Of a stretch of 64,000 bases of DNA, positions 1-13,595 are shown one piece after another. The DNA comes from Paraspadella gotoi (Eukaryota > Animalia > Chaetognatha), in NCBI GenBank assembly GCA_051294375.1, contig JBJCIZ010000042.1:1-64000 (forward strand), given 5' to 3'. The position numbers were made by a program, and so were the translations under genes. The notes beneath the pieces were generated by a model. The model worked only from the letters and a program-made list of their open reading frames with translations, searched no databases and was not told the DNA's origin. Positions within the stretch are counted from its first letter, which is position 1, and each line of letters starts with the position of its first letter.

Positions 1-813
1 ACTTACCCCCGAGCGGAGGATTCCAACACGTCCTCGTAGCAGCGGATAACGCCTCCGCGTACACATGGGCGATGCCAATCACGAGAGCGGACGCTGGACA
101 CATCATCGCCGCCCTCGACAAAAATATTTTTCTCCTCCATGGAAGTTACTTGGAAATAAATTTCGACGGCGCCACCTCGCTAAACGGCGAAGAGATGCGC
201 AGCATCCTTGACCTCCTCGATGAGTGGGCGACGAGTCGTCGTATCAAGAAAAAACAGTAATCGCGCGGAAAGAGATATTGGGCGAATTCGGCAAAGCCTA
301 AGAAAAGCATTAAACGATAATCCAAACGGATGCACAAAAGAACTAGCTCATCTAATGCTGGCGTTAAACGCCACGCCCATCACAGGATGGAAAACCGAAA
401 TGAGTCCCCATGAACTACAGTTTGAAAATAGACCGAGAATAGTCGAACCACCAGATGAAAGAACATACGCCTCCCTAACCGCCTTAGCAAAAGAAAGAGC
501 AGAAAACCGAACGGCCGCTCACCAGAAGATAGCTGAACAACGCTTCGGACGTTTCAGAGCAACGAGGAAGGGAAACCGAATGCGTGACCCAAAGAGACTA
601 AAGGTCGGTGATTGAGTGTACGTGCGAAGAGATCTAGTGCGGACCGGGGCCGCACCCACGGGAAACAAAATGCGAACGATATACACCGGCCCGCACGAAA
701 TTATTCAGCAAGACGGAAATCACTTCAAGGTCACAGTTTTTGGCCAAAATCTCGTCTATCACAGACGAAGGCTCAAGGCGGCAACAGGCGACTCGCAAAC
801 TTTTAGAAACTAA
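1..813 (+). pseudogene. pol: Integrase DDE core and GPY/F C-terminus, frameshifted
   Basis: ORF pieces 72-260 (HGSYLEINFDGA), 208-615 (NRAERD) and 616-813 (IYTGPHEII...YHRRRLK) match the integrase of the 22.7-30.7 kb element. Confidence 0.9.
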
Positions 814-1304
814 GGCGAGAAGAGAAAAGGAAGAAAGAAAAGGAAAAAAAAAATTGTTTTTAAATAAGTAGAAATAGAAATGTAAAGTATTGTAAAAACA
901 AGTAGAATGTAAAGTTTTGTAAAAACTCGAAACTAGGAGGGCAAAGGTAAAGGTAAAGAGAGGGGGAGAAAATAAATCACCATCAAACCTAAACATCACC
1001 CTTTCCCTCAGAACGAGATCCCGTAACCCTAGCGAAGGACGGAGATGAAAAAGGAAGGAGGGGAAATAGAGACAGATTGATGAGGCCAAAGTTGACCTAG
1101 AAGAGAGAAAGGTGAAAGATGCGTCGAAAGAGAAAGAAAGAAAGAAAGAAAACGTGAAGGAGAGAGAAGAGGAAGAGCACGCAAAAGCCGGGCCCAGAGC
1201 AGACCCAAAAACAAAAAAAAACCTTTTCGAGAAGAAAGAAAACTGTTCAAAAAGGAAATCTTTTTTTTTTCGTTTCAATCGAAAAAGAAAATAGAAAAAG
1301 AGAA

Positions 1305-3231
1305 ATGGAGAAAAGCCTCTTAATTACGCTGTTCGTCACTAACCTGCCTCGTACGTCGACGCGAAAAAAGCCGAGTGATCGTCGATGACGCATGTGCGAC
1401 ACCACGACGCTTTCAAACGAAGCATCACAGTCTTCAACTGCAACGAGACAACGGAACACACCGCGATCGCGTTAGATGAAACAAGGTGCGAAAAAGAAGG
1501 GAACAAAGAAAGATTTGAAAACATCGAGTTGCTTTTCATGCCGGAAACGAATGAGCACGACGCCGTCGGCTGTGACCTTACCATCGTGGCAACCGGCCGA
1601 TACTGGAAGATGGTCAATCCAATATGAAAACATCGACGTAATCGATCATTTCTCACTGCCAAGGGAAACCTGTCTCGACTTACATAAGGGAAAGTCAGTA
1701 AAGTTAGAAACTGTGCCGATCACCATCGCCGATGACGGAGGAGTACTACGCCCGCTAACCATGCAAGGAAACATGGGCGAAAACATCATTACTCACCGCA
1801 TAGGCACAAACGACGCAGCCGGAACGTGCGCGGGTAGAACGCTAAATTTTCATGGCCACCGCTACGAGAGCGAAAATGCGAAGTTGGTATCGAACTTAAC
1901 CCTCTACACAAAAAAAATAAAGGCAGGAAAACAAACGAGATCGAAGTCGGACAATGCAATCTGGTGAACCAGGAGTGCAAATACCCAGGTGGCGTCATCG
2001 CCTGGAGGACGAAGAGTGCCGCGTGAAGCTCACCTTCCGGGGCGGAGCCTTCAAGCGCGGATGGAATCATCCGATCAACGAACGACGCGGATCGAATGAG
2101 AGCCCTGAAAGGAAGTCAATGCCCAGAGGAAAGCAATGCCGAAGAAATCCAAGCATCTTTGGGGAAGGCGAGAATGCGTCGCCAACTGCATTATCGCCTT
2201 CCAGGCGACTCGGTCAAACTGGAATCGATCGAAAAAGTGTAACATCGTCTGCAGCCCAAGGCTGAAAGGAGCCTTTGCGGTACGACTCAGCGGCCCTCCA
2301 CAACAACTGAGAGGATGCGGAGTCAAAGCGAGACCAACATCATCGCCACACTTCTTCGTAGCAAGCCAGATGATCGCCGACGCGAGGAGAGATGACAACG
2401 CACTCGACGCCCTCATCAAAACGCCTCGGCATTGGCGTCAAGAAACCAGGCGAGAATCGACCGACTCACTGATGCCATGAGCATGAACTTTGCGTTTCCC
2501 GTGCGGCCGAGGCGCGCATTGCCGCCGAAAAAGCGCATAACTCCCCGGCCGCGATAACCTTTATCGACCCTGGATAAATCGCAATCCTACGCGGTGAACT
2601 GCTAATCACCGCGAGGTGCAAAAGAACTCTAGCCCTGCGAAGACAAACACAGAAATGCTACCAGGACTTTACCAGTGAGCTTCAGAGGACGAGAGGTATT
2701 CAAACACTCCATCTTTCATCACCTCATAGAATCATCACTTGAGATGCCATGCTATCCGCCGCCAGTGTTCGAGATCGGAGGAAACTTTCTGGATAACAAT
2801 GGACAGATTTTCAAGAAGTACAATGTTCTCCGCACAACTCTACCAAACAAACAAGAACACGTTTCGAAAGAAGAAAAGATCTATGAAGATGTCGGCTACT
2901 TTATCGATCTACACTCCAAATACATCACAGAACGACACGAATTCACTCAACAGATGGAGAAATTACCGACGGATCCCCGGCATCTTTTTTCCAAAAGATG
3001 TTTGGCAAAACGGAGCTGGTGTCCTGGTGGAACACCTTCGCAAACGTCGCTCCTACCATCGCGATCATCTCCGTCGTCGTGATCATCGCTGTCTTATTGT
3101 GTTGCTGCTGCTGCCCTTGCGCAGTCAAATGTGTGCGGCAACAAGCCGAAGCTGTCGCGGATTACGCCGTCGGCATCGGAGGCAACATCCGCCGCAGTAG
3201 CGCCGAAAGTGTAGGCTCCTCGGCGAAATAA
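1305..3231 (+). pseudogene. env: env-like viral glycoprotein (class III, chuvirus G / herpes gB-like), about 640 codons, many frameshifts
   Basis: ATG 1305 MEKSLLITLFV (signal-peptide-like); Cys-patterned blocks ITVFNC, GCDLTIVAT, TCLDLHKG, GTNDAAGTCAG, CYQDLPVSF, EMPCYPPPVF; C-terminal TM IAIISVVVIIAVLL plus Cys cluster; lies between IN and PPT. Family assignment is from remembered motifs, not a search. Confidence 0.7.
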
Positions 3232-3263
3232 GACTCACCTCCTTCGCCTCTGGAGCGGGGTGG

Positions 3264-3570
3264 CATCAACGAGAGGACTGAAGCGATCTGCCGGGGAGCG
3301 AAGGCGACTGGACGAGCAGCAGGAGAGCGGCAGGAGAGCAGCAGGAGAGAGGGAGGAGATCCAGAGATAGCCCATGGGCTCACCCAACGAATAAGACTGA
3401 AGGAGAGTTGGGGAGCCAATGAGAGGGAACGTGACTTTGAGTTTGAGAGAGAAGATCTGTGAGATTCATTCTGTTCTCCATCGTCCTAGTGTTCATGTCT
3501 CGTTCTTGCCTTCTTTAGTTGTGTAAATAAATACTCTGTTATTTTGACCACATTTGTCTTCACGTTATTG
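3264..3570 (+). repeat. 3' LTR (307 bp) with CA...TG termini
   Basis: Follows purine tract GGAGCGGGGTGG; start CATCAACGAGAGGAC vs reverse complement of end CAATAACGTGAAGAC (11/15); AATAAA near 3526; abrupt change to AT-rich flank at 3571. Confidence 0.7.
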
Positions 3571-3769
3571 ATATAAAAATATTATATAAATATAATTATA
3601 GTGTTAAAAATAATTTTTTTATTCAATCTGAGAAGGTAATAATATATATTAAAAGTTTTTTTTTATTATGATATGATTAAAAAATATAAGATTAAAATAA
3701 AATTTTAATTTTAATAAAATATAATAATTATATTAAATATAATAAATCAAAAAAATTTATTTTTTTATT

Positions 3770-3808
<39 letters not shown>

Positions 3809-4050
3809 TAAAAATATAAATATTTTATTTTTTAATTTTATTTTTTTAATTATAATTATTATTTTTATTATTATTATTATTATTTTATTATTATTTATTA
3901 TTATTATATAATCTGATAATAATATATATTTTATTATAAAATAATTTTATTTTATTTATTTAAAATTATAAAAAATTATGTTTTAATTATTTTAATATTC
4001 AAATAAATTTAAAAAAAATTTTATAATTAATATATAATAAAAAATTATTT
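3571..4050. repeat. Extreme AT-rich low-complexity tract with (AAT)n/(ATT)n
   Basis: Almost no G/C; trinucleotide runs. Confidence 0.85.
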
Positions 4051-4619
4051 TTAACTGAACGGAATTTTTCTGAAAAACTCAGGCCAGGATCTCACTGTGC
4101 GCCGGTTCTAAAGCTTAGTACTACGCATAGTACTAATCTTTGTTGGATCAAAACGAGCTTGATTTTAAAGGAAAGTTGATCGGTTTGAAGAGCGATTTTT
4201 GCGATTGCTTTTTGGCGATTACTTTTGAATGGATTGTCGGATTATGATGAAATTATGCATGTAGATAATTGTTGTATTGTCTATCCAACGCTACCAAATT
4301 TGATATAAAACAATGAGTTGTTTATAAACGATGCTCATCCCCATATTTATATATAAACATTCTGTTTTCAATAATTTTTTTTAAATCGGTAAATAACAAA
4401 ATTGTCAAGTTAAATCGGTAAGCATATTTTTTAAAGATTTGTTTTTCAATCTGGTTGTTAAAAAATTGTAGGTAAGAAGTTAAAACACAGTAAAGGGAAA
4501 TTTAGAAGAGGAGAATTAAACAATTAATCTTGTTACTCTGTTGGTTTTAAAAAGAGGTTTAAAAAGGTTTAAAAAGATGGTAAAGAATTTTGAGCTACAA
4601 TGAATCTACACTGAATTTG

Positions 4620-4890
4620 AAGAGTTGCAGCCTAAACGACTACAATAATATTGATTTAAAAATTTGATTAGCAATCTTAAAAACAATTGTAAAAATGTAA
4701 TAGAGAGACATTTTGATAAACGCGTTCCAGTTAAGAAGAATTTAGGGTTAAAGTTTAAAAATGTTTCATTTTCAAGGATACAAGTTGAAATTTAAAAATG
4801 TCTCTCTATTACATTTTTCGAATTCACTAATAAAAAATTCATAAAAAATATCAGATGGATTGGCTTTTTCGTTTGACCTGCAACTCTTAG
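4620..4890. mobile_element. Palindromic MITE-like relic
   Basis: Nested inverted repeats: AAGAGTTGCAG..AAACGA (~4620) / TCGTTT..CTGCAACTCTT (~4870); TGTAATAGAGAGACATTTT (~4696) / AAAATGTCTCTCTATTACA (~4795). Confidence 0.45.
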
Positions 4891-5906
4891 GTTTCTTTTA
4901 TTTTATATTATAATTAAAACCGATATAAAATGGTGTAGAATGTATCAAATGTTTAATGTAAATACATTTTCGGAATCGCCAGAAGCTCAGCTTTTTGAAT
5001 CTGTACTATTTTGAAGTTGAATTGAATGACCCTTTTTCTTAAGACAGACAGGATGATTAATCGCGTTGTCTATTATGGAGAATTCATTAGATTTCGGAAC
5101 ACATTTTTGTAACGCTCTTCTTCCAGTTCAATATCATCCCAATACATGCCATCTTATTCCTAAAAAGCACTAGACATTTTGTTATTGTTGTATTTAAAAT
5201 TAATTTCGCCGAAATTTGAACACAATTTGATGTGAAACCCCACTTCCGGTTAAAACAACGCCCCATTATCATGAGATATTCTTTTAATCTAATATGACAA
5301 GCTTAGAAAAATCAGCCAGCTAAGTTCACTAGCAGTTAATAGTGTAAAACTTTTATATTAAAGCATGTAATTTTTTTTATTAGTATAATGTTGTTCGTTC
5401 CTCACTTTTAGAATTTTAATTAAAATTAAATTTAGAAATTTTACTACGCCTTAGTACTCATTGACTTTGACGCTCAATTGAGTTCATTAACCAAAACCTT
5501 TTTTGCTTGTACTGGGTTTCAAAATGAGTTGAAGTAAAAAAATAATGGGAAACCGGACCGAGTGAGAACTTTGTATGGAGTTTGATGAGGCTGGGGAACT
5601 CTAGTAACTATTCTCTAATCTAAGTAGTTCTGTTACTTATCACATTTTCTTAAAAATAAAATCTTTTCAAGTCGATCATACTCATTCTAAAATCGCTGAA
5701 CTTGGAAGCTTAAATAATTTATTTGTAAAATTTGTGAATGGCGTTGTGTGTGTGAGCCTGAGAGGGTTTTTTGTGAGTCGATATACGAAAAGAGTGAAAC
5801 TCGAGTCTCTGCTTGAATTGTAGTGACAAGACTCTTTCAAAAAAGCGTTTGAGGCCTTCGGGGGCCGAAGACGATTGCGATGAGGACGATAATGACGACG
5901 ACAAAG

Positions 5907-5972
<66 letters not shown>

Positions 5973-6986
5973 TCTGGATTTATTTTTTTTTGTCGGTAAC
6001 AGCGAAGCAAAACAAAGAAAATAAAAACAACAACGACAACAACAATAACGGTAACGACGACGACGACGATGATGAAGACGGAAATAACGACAACAAAGAG
6101 GAAAATCTTCAAAGATCGTAACCTTCGTAATTAATATGTCATATTAATAATACTACTTTTAAGCTACTGACTTTTAAATACAAATATAGAAAATCGATAC
6201 TGTAGCCTCGTTTCTCATCTTCATTCCTCCTCCTCCTCCTACTCCTCCTCCTTCTCCGTCGTCGTTCCATTTTTGATCACAAACTCACGCAAAATGACAG
6301 AAAATCGTGAAAATCACGAAAAGTCCGACGCGCGAGGGAAGAGATCCAAAGTTAAAAAAAAACAACTAATAATAATCAATAACTTTTGAAATAAAAAAAT
6401 AAATATTTAATAAACAATACCATTAAACAACTGAAAAACAAGAACTTCAATAAAAATTTAATATTGACGAAAAAGACAAAAAAAAAGACGAGATATTTAA
6501 AAAAATAGAAAATTAACAAATAAAAGAAACAAAAATAAAATTTATAAACTAAAAAAAGAAAAATAAAACTCCAGCTTATTTAATTCATTAAATTCACCAA
6601 CATTACAAAAGCAACAACACGACGAAAACAACAACAATTTAATCCCAGTAAAAGAAAAAGTTGGGATTGAATTTCCACGAGACACACACACAAAAAAAAA
6701 AAAACATAAGGCGGGTGAGTGAGAGCGAGAGACTCGAAACTACTCACCCACCAAAAATCCTCTTTTTTGCTACGAAATCATTTGGATTCTTTTCTCACTG
6801 CTTCACCTTTTCCGTCGTCAGCCCTGACCCTCTTCAATACTCACCTCCGATCTGTTCATTCTTTCTTGCGGCCAATTTTTGGAATCTCGAAAGAAAACAA
6901 AAGAAAACAAAAGAAAACAAAATAAAATAAAATAAAATAAAATAAAATAAAATAAACAAAATATATAATAAAGAAATTGTTAATCT

Positions 6987-7081
<95 letters not shown>

Positions 7082-7082
7082 G

Positions 7083-7591
7083 ATGCCATCCCTCACCAAC
7101 TCCAACGCCTCTCAACGCCTTCTTCCAACGACGTCGCCTCTTCAACCGGCGCTCTTTCTCCTCTTCCTTCTCTTCCCGGGGCTCATCTTCGCCCAAACGG
7201 AGACGAAGATCGACGCCGCCACGCCCATTGAGACGGCGCCGACGACGCCGGAACTCGTGGAACCGACGACGACGACGACGACGATGGAGCAGACAACGGA
7301 AGAAAACGAGACGACGACAACAACCACAACGACCACAGCATCTCCAACAACCACAACATCAACAACAACAACGACCCCGCCTCCACTGGACTGCGCATCG
7401 GCGAGCCACTTGAACGTCCCTCTCCACGGACGCCCTCTTCTCTTCTGCGTGGAGATCGACCTTCGAGGTTTCGTGGATGGAATCTTCGGCAACGCCTCCG
7501 ACACCAATGATCGATACATCGAAGCCGACTTCGTGACTCAATTCGGTCTTCAAGGAGGCGCAGTCGTCAGGAGGAATTATGGCAATTTCAG
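7083..7591 (+). CDS. Probable first coding exon of a host gene for a secreted or membrane protein with a signal peptide and a Thr-rich mucin-like stalk
   Basis: GC-rich ORF; hydrophobic ALFLLFLLFPGLIFA then poly-Thr, then a Cys-containing globular segment; CAG|GT donor at 7591/7592 in phase 2, compatible with the exon at 13596. Confidence 0.65.
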
Positions 7592-8857
7592 GTTGGAGTT
7601 TGGTTGGAGTTGTGGATTTAGAGGGGAAATTTGTTGTCGATTATAGTTTGCCCTTTTTTATGAATGTCCTCGGGTCTTTATATCCTGTTACTAATTTTTT
7701 TTATCGTTGTCCTAAGTTTAAATGGGCTTGTAATTTTTATAGTCTGATTTTAATCACCAATTTTAAAAAGAAACATACGATTATATGAAGTTGGTACAAC
7801 CAATATAAAAATTATTCAATCAATTAGGCAACAAACAAACTTGCCTCCTGACTTTGGACAGGCAAAGGGGGTTCATCCCTCTTATAAGATAGCAGGACAT
7901 AGCTGAACCCTGCAAGCTTTCAATCATTATCGCTCTTAAATTAATTATATTTACTGGAAGATTGAATAGTTATTCAGTTCTCTTTTGTTTCCCTGTATCT
8001 TTCTGCCAAATTTACTTTGAGCCGCAGAGTTAAAGACATTCTGAATTTCGCTAACGACTTCCTTCAGCTTAAAAACCCTGCAGATCTGATGTCTTCCAGG
8101 CCTCTATCTCTCTCTCTCTCTCTCTTGCTTCACTCTCTTGGTGGGTTAACCTTTTTTCTAATTCGCGGAGATGAAGGGTATTTTGCTTTAAAATTTTTCT
8201 CTTTCAATTTTTTTTATCGATTTTCAAGATAAAAAAATATTATTTATCTGATAGTTTAACTAAATAACCCTAAGATATTCCATTACAACTTTTTAGACAC
8301 TGAGAATTTGTTTTCCAGCAAATAGACTAAACTTTTAACTTAAACAAGTTTGAGCAAACAATGTCGGATCTGCCCACGATCATTATCGGTAATTAATTCA
8401 TTAATAATTAAATAATTCAAGTTAATTAATTAATTAGGCAATTAATTAATTAATTTGATCCCAAATGTTTATTTTTAGGTCTTTTCATCACTAACCACGA
8501 TAAAAGCAATGACGACGATGAGAATAATGTCGATAACAATTGACTTGATTGATTGACTGATTAATTAATTATTGATTAATTAATTGACTAATTGATTAAT
8601 TAATTGAATAATTATTTGATTTATTATTACATCCTGCATTTAAATATAATATAAAAGGAAAAAGAAGCATAATCAACTAGTGAAACAGGTTTTTTGTTTT
8701 TTTCCATTTAAACTCATTTTCACTCAAACGATTCTATCGAAACTTGATCTCCAGTTTAATCACACACCTTTCTACCCAAATACAAAATTTCAAGTCAATC
8801 GCCCCATCCACTCATGAGTAATTAGTGTTCAAATAGTGAAATATATTTTTTTTGTTT

Positions 8858-9714
8858 TTTATCAAGCCATGACCGGCGAAGCCGGTTCAGGCTTGATATT
8901 GATTCGGGTGAGCTTCTTTGTGACGTAGTCGTCGTCGTCGTCGTCGTCGGCCGTCACGCTAGTTTTAAATAAAAACTACTACGCTTTTATAGGTTTGGCT
9001 GTCACTTACCGTTTTTTTTATTAATAAACATTATTATGAATTATTCTAAAGTTTTACAAAAGTGTGCGATCATAGTAAGTTAAAAAAATTAGATATGGCT
9101 TCTCAACTTGAAATAGCTTTGATATTTTTTTCTTACATTTGGATTTAAGTATTTTTGTTTTGAATTTCCACTTCATTATGATTTACTGCAATATGCAAAT
9201 GAGATTATAGTACTGATTATAATATCCAAATTAGTATATAGAAATGCTTTAAGCTAATTTACATATTGCAGTATATAATATTGAAGATGAAATTCAAAAA
9301 AAATTTTTTTAAATTTCTAATAAAAATGGGAACTCAAAGGATTTTTTTAATGAGAAGCGATATCTTAATTTTAATACAAATAAAAATAAAATCTTTTACA
9401 AGCTGCGATTGGAAAAATTGGAAAAGTTCCAATTGTAAACCATTGTAACATTTTTTGCCTTTCTTTTTATTTATTTTTATTATATATGTTTTTTTTAGGC
9501 GCTGCCTTTTCTGAATCGTTTAAAAACGAGTTCAGTTTCTCTCTGTCTCTCTTTGTGTGCGATCTCTTGCGTGATCGTTCGGTTTTTGAAAAAATTCTGA
9601 TTATTTTTTTCTTTCTAAAAAACATATATATTTGATCAGGCGCGGCCTTTTCTGAATCGTTTAAAAAAAAACGAGTTCAGGCTCTCTCTCTCTCTCTCCC
9701 TCCGTCTCCCTCCG

Positions 9715-9753
<39 letters not shown>

Positions 9754-10064
9754 TTTTACAAAAAAAAAATTATTCACTTTGTTTTTACCACCGTTTTTTG
9801 AAAAATTCTTATTATTTCTTTCCTTCTAAAAACTTTTATTATCGCCATTTATTCCGCGCTTCTTTCTCAATACAAAATCCCAAATTTACATCTGAGATTT
9901 TCGTGGATTTTTTTGAGAAAATGTGAAGAATAACTTACTTGACCTGGATTTCGTGGCCGTTGCGGGCAACGAGTGTAAACAATGTCGAGGAACATGACCT
10001 AATAACAGCGTTTTTTTTACAAAAAAAAAATTTATTACTTGTAAACGAGTAAAACGAGTTCCGG

Positions 10065-10127
<63 letters not shown>

Positions 10128-10341
10128 CTATCTGTCTCTCTCTCTCTTTCTCTCTTTCTATCTCTTTTTTTTGTACAAAAATAATTTTTAGTCACCTTTT
10201 TTTCACCTCCGTCATTAAACGAGTTCCGGCTCTCTCTATCTCTCTCTCTCTCTTTTTTTTTTTACAAAAAAAAATTTTTTAGTCACTTTTTTTTTCACCA
10301 GGCGACGAGTAAACGAGTAAACGAGTTCCGGCTCTGTTCAG

Positions 10342-10404
<63 letters not shown>

Positions 10405-11499
10405 GTACGATCGTTCGTTTTTTTGAAAAATTCTTATTATTTTTTTTCCTTCTAAAAACTTTATATTCGCCATTTATTTTTTTTTCTCTATACAAAATAC
10501 CAAATTTACATCCGAGATTTTCATGGATTCATTTTAGAAAAAAATGCAGGCAATGTCACATGTACATCAGCTGCTATATGTCCGGCAATTGCCGGATTAA
10601 TTTAATTGCATATAATTTTTTTTTTTTTTTTTTTTTTTTTCACAAGTTCAAGATTTTTAATTTTCAATGATAAAAGATCATTAAATATTTCTCCACCAAG
10701 ATTTGACAAAATTTTAATAAAATCGTACCAAAAAATTAACATGTTTTTTAACCTTTTCACCAATTATTTTTTACTAATAATTTTTATTATACTTTCATCA
10801 TTTTTAAACAAAGTTTCAATGAAATATTTCAGAACCAAAATATTTTTTTTAATTTTTGTTTTGTTTTATTTTTTTTGTTCATATTTCTTTATTTACTATA
10901 AACAATGGATCAACGATATAAAAATTATATCCACTTCTTATTTTTCTCAAATTTGTAATTCTACTACAACCATAGCTATGGTTCAGGGCATGATTTTCCT
11001 AGTAATTTACTTTACATAATATTTATTAATGCATATATAACTTTCTAACAAAAAAAAATTTTGTTTTTGTTTATTACTGTAACTTTGAACCGGTGGGCCC
11101 ACTATTGGCAAAGTATATCTAAAATAGGAGTTGAGAAGAGAGATATTGTCAAATTAAACATTACTTTTTTTTGTTATCCTAACAATTTTTAAAATTTTAA
11201 AATTGTAAATTTTTTTTAGTGTATATATTTAATCATTTTTATTCTTTTTAAAATATCAATTATTTGAGTTGGATAAATATTTATAAATTAGTTAAATATG
11301 GCAAATATGAAATTTGACCTCGGTCTGGTTTCTTCTTAAAAAAAAAGAAACAATCTAAAATTTCATTCAAGATTAAAAACTTTTTTTAAGATGAGGACAT
11401 AAAATTTTTTTTGATAAGTAAAAAAAATATTGAAAGGAAAAGAGTTCGTCCCTACTCAGATACGTCGAAAAACGAGTTCAGCTCTGCAGGGCGGTCCAG

Positions 11500-11546
<47 letters not shown>

Positions 11547-11986
11547 CTTTCTATTTATTCCCGCCATTTATTCCGCGCTTTTTTTCTCAATACAAAATCC
11601 CAAATTTACATCCGAGATTTTTCGTGAATTTTTTTTCTAAAAAATTTGATTATTCTTTATATAAACGAGAGTGAAAACTGACCAGCCTCTCTCACTCTTT
11701 CTCTCTTCTCTCTCTCTCTCTCTCTCTTCTCTTCCTCTTCTCTCTCTCTCTTTCATTCATACACGCATTATGTTTGTTTATGACTATGATCGCATCAATC
11801 ATTTGATTATCATCACATCAGTTATTTTATTATCATCGCATCAATTATTGGTTATCATCGCCATCAATATTTAGTTATCATCGCATTAATATTTGGTTAC
11901 CATCGAAAGCTGGCTCGATCCCTATTGCTTTTAAGATTTTTCCCTAAAAATTCTGATTGCGTTTCGTTGGCGGGAAAACTGTCCAG

Positions 11987-12052
<66 letters not shown>

Positions 12053-12157
12053 ACTCATACACGCATTTGTTTGTTTATTTACGATGAATGAATGACTATC
12101 ATCGCATCAATGAATGACTATCATCATGGCTTGATCCTTATGCTTTTAAGATTTTTT
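8858..12157 (+). mobile_element. HINE-like repeat family B, nested in family A
   Basis: 5' ATCAAGCCATG plus hairpin CCGGCGAAGCCGG, (GTC)n microsatellite, matching subterminal CATGGCTTGAT at ~12124 then small hairpin and T-run; first ~600 bp repeated at 36457-37070. Confidence 0.6.
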
Positions 12158-12340
12158 TTATTATACTCATTTCTACTTGGACGATTCCATCGAAACTTCA
12201 TATACAGCTCAATCACACACCTACAAACATAAAAATTTCATTCCAATTCATCCATCAAATTATGAGTAATTGGTGTTTTTTGCTAAGGTGGAATGGACGG
12301 ACGGACGGACGGACGAACATAATTTATCATAATTCGATGT

Positions 12341-13094
12341 TCTTGTAAGAGTGATGGAGGGCCTTAAACACCCAAAGCCTGTCCAAAGTCAGGGGCAAGA
12401 TAGCTTATTTATTAAATGAATGGATAATTTTTATATTGGTTGTACCAATTTCATAAAATTCAGCTCCTTGTATTTTGATGCTAGTGCGGAGTACAATAAG
12501 TATTCCCTGATCTAATACTTAAGGGAGTGGTCTTTTCATACAATTGAAACATTCTTTGAAATATTTTCCACTTCATTGATAGGGAAGCCAGGTACTCTGG
12601 GAGTGAATAAACGAGACTGTGAGAGAGTCTTGATTGAAAGCTTGCAGGGACCTGCTATGTCATTATCTTGTAAGAGTGATGGAGGCCTTAAACCAAAAGC
12701 CTGTCCAAAGTCAGAGGGCAAGATAGCTTATTTATTAAATGAATGGATAATTTTTATTGGTTGTACCAATTTCATAAAATTCATCTCCTTGTATTTTGAT
12801 GCTAGTGCGGAGTACAAATAGTAATTCCCCGATCTAATACTTAAGGGAGTGGTCTTTCATACAAATTGAAACATTCTTTGAAATATTTTTCACTTCATTG
12901 ATAGGGAAGCCAGGTACTCTGGAGTGAATAAACGAGACTGTGAGAGAGTCTTAATTGAAAGCTTGCAGGGACCTGCTATGTCATTATCTTGTAAGAGTGA
13001 TGGAGCTTAAACCACCAAAGCCTGTCCAAAGTCAGGGCAAGATAGCTTATTATTAAATGAATGGATAATTTTTATATTGGTTGTACCAATTTCA
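12341..13094. repeat. Tandem array of about 2.3 units of ~323 bp
   Basis: TCTTGTAAGAGTGATGGAG recurs at 12341, 12666 and 12987; diverged inverted partial copies at ~7787-7930 and ~34300-34380. Confidence 0.9.
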
Positions 13095-13595
13095 TGATAT
13101 AAGTGAGTGCCTGACAATATTGAGGGGCGGACTGACGGACCGACAAAGTGATATATAGAGTCGGGATCTGCTGATCCGACTAAAAAAAAGACTTTTAACG
13201 TTGCCTTATTTTAGAAAGTTTTATTAACGTTGCATTATGCTTTATACGTTTTATTAACGTTGCTTACTTTTTATACTTGATTTTTTTCGGTCTTTTGCTG
13301 TTTCAGTTTTTTATGACTTTGACATTTCATCCTTGAACGTTCTTGAACGTCATTTTTTATAGTTTCTTATAAATTAGTTTATAACTTTAAAAAGATATTA
13401 CTTGGCAGATACAGTTTGAGTCTTTTTACGTTTTTATTGATACCGTAACTGTTTTTGTATTTAACAATTGTGTTAATTTAAAAAAAAGACTTTGTTCTAG
13501 CATTTTGAAAAGTAAATTAGTTTTAATTAATGATATCTTGATAATTAATTGCTAATTTTCTTTGCTAATTCCCTTTTTCCTTCCGTAATTTTTAG

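Larger units (their letters stand above)
1..3570 (+). mobile_element. 3' portion of an env-bearing Ty3/gypsy LTR retrotransposon (integrase, env-like ORF, PPT, 3' LTR); 5' part lies outside the window
   Basis: Integrase fragments co-linear with the intact integrase at 28737-30062 (e.g. NRAERDIGRIRQ, LNATPI.GWKT.MSPHE, YHRRRLK), then a glycoprotein-like frameshifted ORF, a purine tract at 3252-3263 and an LTR-like segment with AATAAA. Confidence 0.9.
8343..13185 (-). mobile_element. DINE-1/HINE-like (Helentron-associated) repeat family A, with nested insertions
   Basis: Terminal hairpin GTCGG(G)ATCTGC..GATCCGAC at ~13160, (GGAC)n microsatellite at ~12295, subterminal GTCGGATCTGC plus GTTTGAGCAAAC hairpin at ~8348; same modules recur throughout the window. 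Confidence 0.65.

Noticed and set aside
5813-6121. ORFs with SLSLSL/ERERER or poly-D/N runs (also 6834-7231, 9886-10473, 19673-21093 and others)
   Set aside because: Translations of (CT/GA)n and trinucleotide microsatellites
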